From positions 52,328,001 through 52,392,000 of the forward strand of contig OX597822.1 in assembly GCA_951406725.2 (NCBI GenBank): a stretch of DNA of 64,000 nt, given 5' to 3'. This stretch comes from Octopus vulgaris (Eukaryota). Positions within the stretch are counted from its first letter, which is position 1. Every line of letters starts with the position of its first letter. Under the pieces are notes generated by a model. That model was not told the origin of the DNA and did no database searches. It saw only the letters and a list, made by a program, of their open reading frames with translations. This document shows positions 56,512 to 64,000 of this stretch, one piece after another. A program made the position numbers and the translations under genes.

Positions 56512-57474
56512 TCTATATAGTTATTTCATAAAAATTGTTTCACTATGTTAACTATTTCGATTGTGCTTTCCGGTTTAGTTATATAGTTAAGGTTGTTAAG
56601 AGCGTAACACTCAGACACATATATTGTCATAAGTTGAATAGTATCTAATATTAATAGGCTAAGGTCAGGTGCATGACGCTTTGACGTGATTAGTTGAAGA
56701 GAGAAGTGAAAAGAGGGAAAGAAAGAGAGAAGAGCTAGCAGAAAAGGATTGCTATTATGTGGTAAAATAGTTTGTTGAAAAGAGAGTTGGCGAGAAAGAG
56801 ATAGAACGTTTTTAGTGTAGAGAAGGGGACGTGGTATAGTCGAGAGGAAAGGCAAAAATAGAGAGAGTGAGAGAAAGAGAGAGGGGGAGAGAGGGAGATT
56901 GTTGAAGAGAGCGAGGGAACTGAAGATGCTATAAATGTCAATACCGCTCCTTAAAGGATTTTTTTTTTTTTATAGCTAAATCAGAAAGTAGATATAAGAA
57001 TACCGCTTTCTGAAATGTTGCTACCTGAAATTGCACCTTTAATACTACCTATGAGGACTTTTACATCATTGCAAAAAATTAATTCCTTCACAAAAATATA
57101 GACCAAAGGGAGGTGGATAGAAAGAGATAGAACAACGTGTTTGGCGCAAAGAAGGGGACGTGGTATAGTCGAGAGGTAAGGCAAAAATAGAGAGAATGAG
57201 GGAGAGTGAGAGATTACTGAAGAGAACGAGCGAACTGAAATTGTTATAAAGGTCAACACTACTTCTTGGCGAAAATTTATTTTTAAAAAATAGACAACTT
57301 AGAAAGTAGAGATAATAATATCGCTTTCTGAAATGTTGCTACCTGAAATTACACCTTTAATACTACCTAAGAGGACTTTTACGTCATTGCAAAAAAATTA
57401 ATTCCTTCACAAAAATATACAATTTCATCTTAAAGTTTCCAAAATAACTGTGGAATTTCCACGTGTATCGCTAG
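56512..57474 (+). mobile_element. Non-autonomous Helitron-like element with ~320-bp internal duplication
   Basis: a|TCTATATAG start; gtggaatttccac hairpin then CTAG|t end; duplicated blocks ~56800-57100 and ~57120-57420. Confidence 0.6.
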
Positions 57475-58412
57475 TATTAGCTTAGTTCAGTAGTTTTATT
57501 TTTATTGTGTTTTCACCATACAACCAAAGTTTGTTTTATTTTCATTTGATATTGCTATTCTGTTTTCCTTTCATTCGTTGAGGCCTTGATTACAGTGCAT
57601 GGAAGAAGTGATATTCATCATTAACAGTATTGATCATTTCAACTCCGCAGACAACCTCCCGCCTAATACCAGCTAGAGTGGAGCAATGTATGCGAGAAGG
57701 TGCAGGTTGTTTGTGTTGGTGTGAGTGTTTCTAGTAATCAATAATCGGGAATAGCTTTTGTTTAACGCTGTTTCAACTTTTTCCCATCGCTTGATCCTCC
57801 CAAGCAGAGCGTCTGCATTATCTATTGCGGAGCAGCAACACACACCAGAGTAACAGATTGCTGGAGTTAGATGTAATCTCAAGAACTTACTTTCAGTTTC
57901 GTCTCTGTGTTTGCGTGCGTATGTACTCATAGCCGTGTGTGCGTGTGGGGTGGGGGTAAATAATAAAGGATTACCCTAAAATGATTACCGGTTTTCTCTC
58001 AGATATTCAAAATATGTTATTCAACGGTTAACATATAATAACATATACATCTAATAAAGTTCTTATAAGATAAGAAATTAGAGGAATATTCTGTTGGATA
58101 ATTCAGAATATATTTCCTAAACCATACAGGTTTCCTTGTGTATAAATATTAGCAATATTAATATTAAGGATTACTACAAAGTTGCATAGCATTACTTTTA
58201 ATTATTTAATTTATATACATTCTTACATAGACCAACTTGCTCAGTGACTCGTCAAAAGTGCATACATACATTATATATATACATACACTTAAGGTATGTG
58301 GATTAAAGAATTAAAGGTAAAGCTATGCAACTTCGTAGTAATCCTTATTATTAATATTGTGTGTGTGTATATATATATATTTATATTTACACACACACAC
58401 ACGCACGCACAC

Positions 58413-58443
<31 letters not shown>

Positions 58444-58480
58444 AATGAGTGTGTATGATTGTGTATAGAACAGTATAGTA

Positions 58481-58841
58481 CTCAAAGAATTTCCAACTTT
58501 GATTTTCAGGTTTTATTTACAATCTAATAATAATATAATATAAGATAATATAATATGATGAAATTATAGAATATTAAATGTCTATTCTGATTGAACTAGT
58601 ACTTTCATGCATTAAACTAACCAATCTCCAGGTTCATGTTGTAGTGGTGACAGTTATGTTTTACAGTTTTGAACTGTCACCACTACTACATGAACCTGGA
58701 GATTGGATAGTTTAATGCATTAAAGTACAAGTTCAATCAGAATGGACATTTAATATTCTATCATTTCATTATATTATCTTATATCATATTATTATAATAT
58801 TGTAAATAAAACGTGAAAATCAAAGTTGGAATTTCTTTGAG
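58481..58841. repeat. Long fold-back with ~170-bp arms
   Basis: ctcaaagaatttccaactttgattttca..gtagtggtgacagtt, ~17-nt spacer, aactgtcaccactac..tgaaaatcaaagttggaatttctttgag. Confidence 0.9.
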
Positions 58842-59146
58842 CAATATATATATATATATATATATCATGGCGGCGAGCTGCCATATAATCGACTTAATCC
58901 GTTTGTCTGTCCTTGTTTGTCCTCTCTGTGTTTAGCCCCTTGTGGGTAGTAAAGAAATAGGTATTTGCCGTTACGCTCTGAATTCAAATTATGCCGAGGT
59001 CGGCTTTGTCGTTAATCCTTTCGGGGTCGATTAAATAAGTACCAGTTACGCACTGCGGTCAATGTAATCTACTTAATCCCTTTTTCTGTCCTTGTTTGTC
59101 CCCTCTATGTTTAGCCCCTGTGGGCAATAAAGAAATGAATATTAAA

Positions 59147-60386
59147 TCTACTACATATGTGGAAAATCGGTTTGCGTTTGTTTGTGGTGCTGTTATCTAA
59201 CTCCTCCTACATCGTTTTCTTGATTTTGGTGAAACATGACACGTGAGTAGAACTCATGCCTGGAAACCTCGTGACATACTTACATTGTAGATAAAATCGA
59301 TAATACGGTCCCTGGAAGGGATATTTATGTCTACATCATACAACTATTTTTTTATTTAAACACCCAAGGGAAATAAACCATAGAACTTGTACAATATTTT
59401 TTAAAACACTCAAGGGACATAACCCATTTCATTGCTTATGTTCGATTACTTTGAATATTGATTTTTTTGTGTGTCCTATTTTTAATTTTTGCAAACAATA
59501 TCAGTTTTATACTTTATTTGACACGTGAGTAGAACTCATGTGTGGAAACCTCGTGAGATACTTAGATTGTTGAAAAAAATCGATAATAGGGCCCTTCCAA
59601 TGGATTCTTCTATCAAATATATTCAAATGGATTCTTCTATCAATATATTCAATGGATTCTTCTATCAAACATATTCAAATATTTTATTTAAACAACCCAA
59701 GGGAAATAACCCATACCACCTGCAGATTTTAGCGAAGTAATCAATATCTTATTCTCACGATCAGCCGACCTTATTTTGCGTTTCACTACTCATAGTTTTG
59801 AACTGCTAAACATTATTATTGCACTTCCTTAATTTGAATCTTAAACCTTAAAGACTTCATTCATACATTTCTATACATACATACTTTTTTGAATGCCCAT
59901 TACTCCGATAAATCAGCATTTTACAGTTACACTTTTTCTTTGACAGTAAATAAATCTTTCATCCCACAATGTATTTGAGTTGACTTCATGCAGGCATAGC
60001 GTGGATTCGATCCTCGATTGCTAAATTTCCCTTCAAACTTCAACAGCGCTTTTCTCACGGTAAAACAATAGTTTTTTCTGTGAATGACAGCATTTATACA
60101 TTTCCCAGATGCCTTCGCTAAGCAGAATAATGACTTTGCCTCTCGCCAACCTCCAACAACCTCTCTCACCATCATCCGACAATCTTTCTCGCCAACCTCC
60201 GAAAACCTCTCTCGCCAAACTTCAACAATTTCTCCCCTCCTCCAGCTGACAGTTTTTTGTACACTTCCGTGGAGAAAAATACACCAAATTGTAGCAGTTA
60301 TAACGAAATTGCTTTCTTATATCAGAGTAGTAAGGCGTTTCAATAGAACATCTTTACCCCCGGGAATTACCGGTTACACCAGCTAG
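59147..60386 (+). mobile_element. Helitron-derived element
   Basis: a|TCTACT start; ccgggaattaccgg hairpin then CTAG|t end; FSLTVNKS remnant near 59934 resembling the PIF1-helicase FAMTINK motif. Confidence 0.7.
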
Positions 60387-60468
60387 TATATCCATAATAT
60401 TACTACCCTTCTTGTTAATATTACTACCCTTCTTGTTTATATTCGTAAATAATATTACTACCCTTCTT

Positions 60469-60505
<37 letters not shown>

Positions 60506-61273
60506 TAATACACACACACACATACTTATGCGTACGTATGTATGTATGTAATGTATGTATTCATTTTTGATGAGTCAAGGAGCAAGTAACGTTTCTTAAA
60601 TCATCAAAGCAAAACGATGTGTAGACTATAAGTGCTAAGAAGTAGAGACATAGACTATAGCTCAATTCGGCAGCAAATGGAAAATTTTAAAATTCAAAGC
60701 TTTTGAATGTGTTCTTCAATCGTAATACTTATCGGCGAGATCGGCGAAGTAAATTTTCCTTTTCAACCGCTAAGTGTGAATTCAGGGAGAAAAACTGTGG
60801 CTACAGTTTAAGTCACAAGAGAAGGCGAAACAAGTAAGTCAAAAGCGTTTGTGTTTTAGATTATACAAGATCAATGAATTTCCAGAAAAGCGCCACTGTT
60901 ACTTATGCAACTGCTTTAAAAGTGTGTGTATGATTTGCTTAGTTAAATAAAACGAAATGGAGCTTTAAACTCGATTTAGGGAGATTTTTTTGTGAATTGA
61001 ATTCACACTACATGGATTTTATTTATCGTCGATTATCCATTAAGTACTTCACAACCGACCTCTAAAGATAGAAGACCCTGATGTGAATGCTAATCACATG
61101 TCAATAAGCCAACTTTCTCTCTCCCTCTCCCTCCCTTCTTCCCTCCCTCTCCTTCCCTCCCTCTCCTTCCCTCCTTCTCTCTCTCTCTCCCTCGCTCTTC
61201 CTCATTCACAATTTCACAAAATTAACCACAGCAAAAGACACAGAGGTACCAAAGAAACTTCTAAAACTGTTAC

Positions 61274-61382
61274 CTGTTAAGAAGTCGTGAATTTCGACAA
61301 CTTCGTTTGCGGAGAATTTCTGGTAGAGAGGCAAAGCTGTGTAGGTGAATTTAGTCAGAAAGGCCAGATGATCATATTCTTC
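61274..61382 (-). CDS. Host gene exon EEYDHLAFLTKFTYTALPLYQKFSANEVVEIHDFLT
   Basis: Acceptor tttttttttctgtag, donor gtaaca; 109 nt; phase 0 to 1. Confidence 0.88.
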
Positions 61383-61611
61383 CTACAGAAAAAAAAAGGT
61401 CAGGACACGTTGTAATGTGCATTGGAATATTGAAATTCAATCACGAAGTTCAGCTAGTACAAATAATTTTCCGTCATATGTGATTTAAATTTTCGGGTTA
61501 TTCATCTTGTATAATGTGTATGTTATCAATTTTCATAACTACACTATGACATTTCGATTCCAGATTATCACAAAATATATAAATACTGGATGTAAACTGG
61601 AAACCATACAT

Positions 61612-61647
<36 letters not shown>

Positions 61648-61896
61648 GAAGTGTACATATAAACACAAAAGAGGTATCCCGCATAGGACTACCTACACGC
61701 GTGTAGGATACCTTATGATGGATACCTCCTTTGTGTTTAAATGTACACTGTATTTATATGAATAGTATGTAGTCTATTGACGAAATCTTTTACACGCGAG
61801 GCCACTGGTGATGGAAATTTTTAATATTTCAGATTACCCTTTGATATTATTAATTATATATATAAATATGATGGAGAATAAGAATAGCAAACTTAC

Positions 61897-62019
61897 CTTC
61901 ATTGTTGCCACGACTGGAAAACTCTCTGTGACAATTTCTGTGTAAAAAGACATTGTTAGCGGTACACTTGGTAACTGTTTTGTTATCTTACGGTTTGGAC
62001 AATAAACACCATCTGGAGT
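61897..62019 (-). CDS. Most 5' visible host gene exon TPDGVYCPNRKITKQLPSVPLTMSFYTEIVTESFPVVATMK
   Basis: Acceptor ctattaacag, donor gtaagt; 123 nt; phase 0/0; upstream exons lie beyond the window. Confidence 0.88.
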
Positions 62020-62281
62020 CTGTTAATAGATATCGATAAAAACTGTAGCATCACCCTAATGTTTATATTGCTCAACAAACAAAATGAAAATGTTCTTTGT
62101 TTCTTGTTGTTTCCCTTAGAAGTCAGTTACATAATTATCAATATGAATTGGTTGTGAGTCCCTGAAAATCATATCTTGATGTGGCTGTATTCTAGTAACG
62201 AACACCGGTAAAAAATAAAATATAACCTTCACTACATGACATCTTAATAACCTTTTAATCGCTTCCGTTGAGAGAACAATG

Positions 62282-62717
62282 GGATCTTTTCGGTTTGAAC
62301 GGCAGTTTTTTCTAGCGGTGTCATATGAAATTGTCAACCATAATTATGACCCTAGTATCGATCTATTGCATTTCAATCTGTTTTAGGGTTAGAGTTAGTT
62401 AGGGTTAGTTATGGTTAGGGGTGGGTGGAAGAGTATCTTTTTTTCTTCACAAATGTAAATAAACCCAATCTGTTTCTTAAACGAGGGACATATTCATACG
62501 GCACAGAATGTGGTTTACCTCAATGGACGTCAGTGATTGGTTGAAATTGCAGAAATTGAAGAAAAAAACAACAAATATCTTACAAACTATAGAATTTTCT
62601 CAATAAAGCCAAGAGTAAAAGATGTTTTATAAACACATTCTACCAGTATACGAAGTTTAACATTTTTTAGTTAGCTAGAAATTATGTTAAAAACTGCCGT
62701 TCAAACCGAAAAGATCC
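62282..62717. mobile_element. MITE with perfect 29-bp TIRs and internal degenerate (TTAGGG)n
   Basis: ggatcttttcggtttgaacggcagttttt and aaaaactgccgttcaaaccgaaaagatcc; diverged half-copy at ~12261-12461. Confidence 0.85.
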
Positions 62718-63088
62718 GAAATATACTACTATGTAATAAGAAATTTTTACTTCGCAAACCACGTGGATCTACTTTCGATCCGATTGCGCCGCATCATTGA
62801 GTGGTTACTTCCCCAAACAGTCTTCAGATGATCGAAGATTTGTGACTAATATTTGGTACATGGAAATTGTGTGAGAACCTTTTCAGTGCTACCGACCCTG
62901 TTGTTATTTGGTAAACTAAATCTGTCGCCCCCTTTCCCTCTACCACCTAACCATGGACGTCTTTAACGGAGTCCATTCTGGTGTAAGCTTTCGGAACAAA
63001 ATTATTGTCCAAGATTAATTTCCTTCCTCCCGGACACCTTGAAATAGATCATGAAGCTGCCCTCTCTTATCTGAATGAGCCACGTGTA

Positions 63089-63150
<62 letters not shown>

Positions 63151-63695
63151 TGTCTGTCTGTGTCTCTGTGTGTGTACACTATCTCGTGTGTGTCTACTTA
63201 GAGACAGCTAAGTCGAGAGTCAAACGCTGTAGACTAAGAACTGCCGACTCCATGGCTATTAGCGTGCCAACTGGTGGCAAAGCCATTCATTCATTCTGTA
63301 GATAAGATAATATATTTTATTTGAAAGAAGGATGCTCTATAAGCAAATAATAACTAAGTGTCGTTGCTCTTTTTGTTGTCTTCTCTATCCGCTTATTATA
63401 TTTCACACCTGGTAACATTAGTATCATTTGTTCTGTCTTACTGACCGGTCATTCACAAGTTCACAGTATTTCTGTAGTTGAAATGACAAGAAATATTCTG
63501 TAACTAGTTGCAACACAAGACAAAAGAGAAATTTCTTTTTACATTTTTTCGTTTCATTTTGTATTTTACCAGCTTAAACTTTTCGTCATATTGTATGAAC
63601 ACTTGTATATTTCTCTGATTGGTTCGTCTTTCGTTCCATACATTCCCTTTTCTTCTCGCATATATCTCACTACCATCGTTTTCGGTCCTATGACC

Positions 63696-63861
63696 CAGGG
63701 CCGGCTAAAGGTACAGGCAACTAGGGTAGTCGCCCGGGGCGTCATGTACTAGGGGGCGACAAGGAGGGCGTGACAAAGACAAGGAAATTTCTACGACTGT
63801 CAACTTGTACACGACGAACTTCAGCTTGTCCGGGGCACCAGCAACCCTAGGGCCGGCCTTG
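63696..63861. mobile_element. hAT-type MITE
   Basis: TIR cagggccggc and gccggccttg; 8-bp TSD ctatgacc / ctaagacc (7 of 8 match). Confidence 0.8.
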
Positions 63862-64000
63862 CTAAGACCTTGTATATTCTCTGATTGTTTCGATCTGTAT
63901 TTTCCATTTTTTTTTGTGCGCCCTCATCTACATATTAGCAACTCTAATAAGTTGTGTGTACTGTTGGAAGGAACCTTGTGGTCTTAGATGCCAAAATTGA

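Overview
AT-rich, microsatellite-dense eukaryotic DNA. The SINE families and repeat landscape suggest a coleoid cephalopod such as Octopus (inference, no database check). (1) One minus-strand multi-exon gene can be rebuilt by hand. Ten in-frame exons lie between 62019 and 16978, with a probable short last exon near 15860 and the 5' end beyond the window. It encodes a type-I membrane protein with a C-terminal TM helix; its motifs resemble invertebrate LolA-like/ependymin-fold surface proteins. (2) Introns and flanks hold decayed Tc1/mariner elements, three Helitron-like elements, MITEs, three tRNA-SINE families, microsatellite-embedded LINE 3' ends and a Penelope GIY-YIG remnant. (3) The main discovery is a hammerhead-ribozyme-rich system inside one intron (33.6-40.0 kb). 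A nested ~6 kb palindrome has at its centre a back-to-back array of a 359-bp unit, and each complete unit carries an extended type-I hammerhead with a variant CCGAUGA core (a retrozyme-like circular-RNA element). The ~1.37 kb arms each end in a different hammerhead. A structurally conserved ~100-nt RNA module, with compensatory changes, follows the ribozyme in both element types. Further intact-looking or decayed hammerheads lie near 47.8, 56, 50 and 20.6 kb. Most ORFs in the supplied track are microsatellite artefacts.
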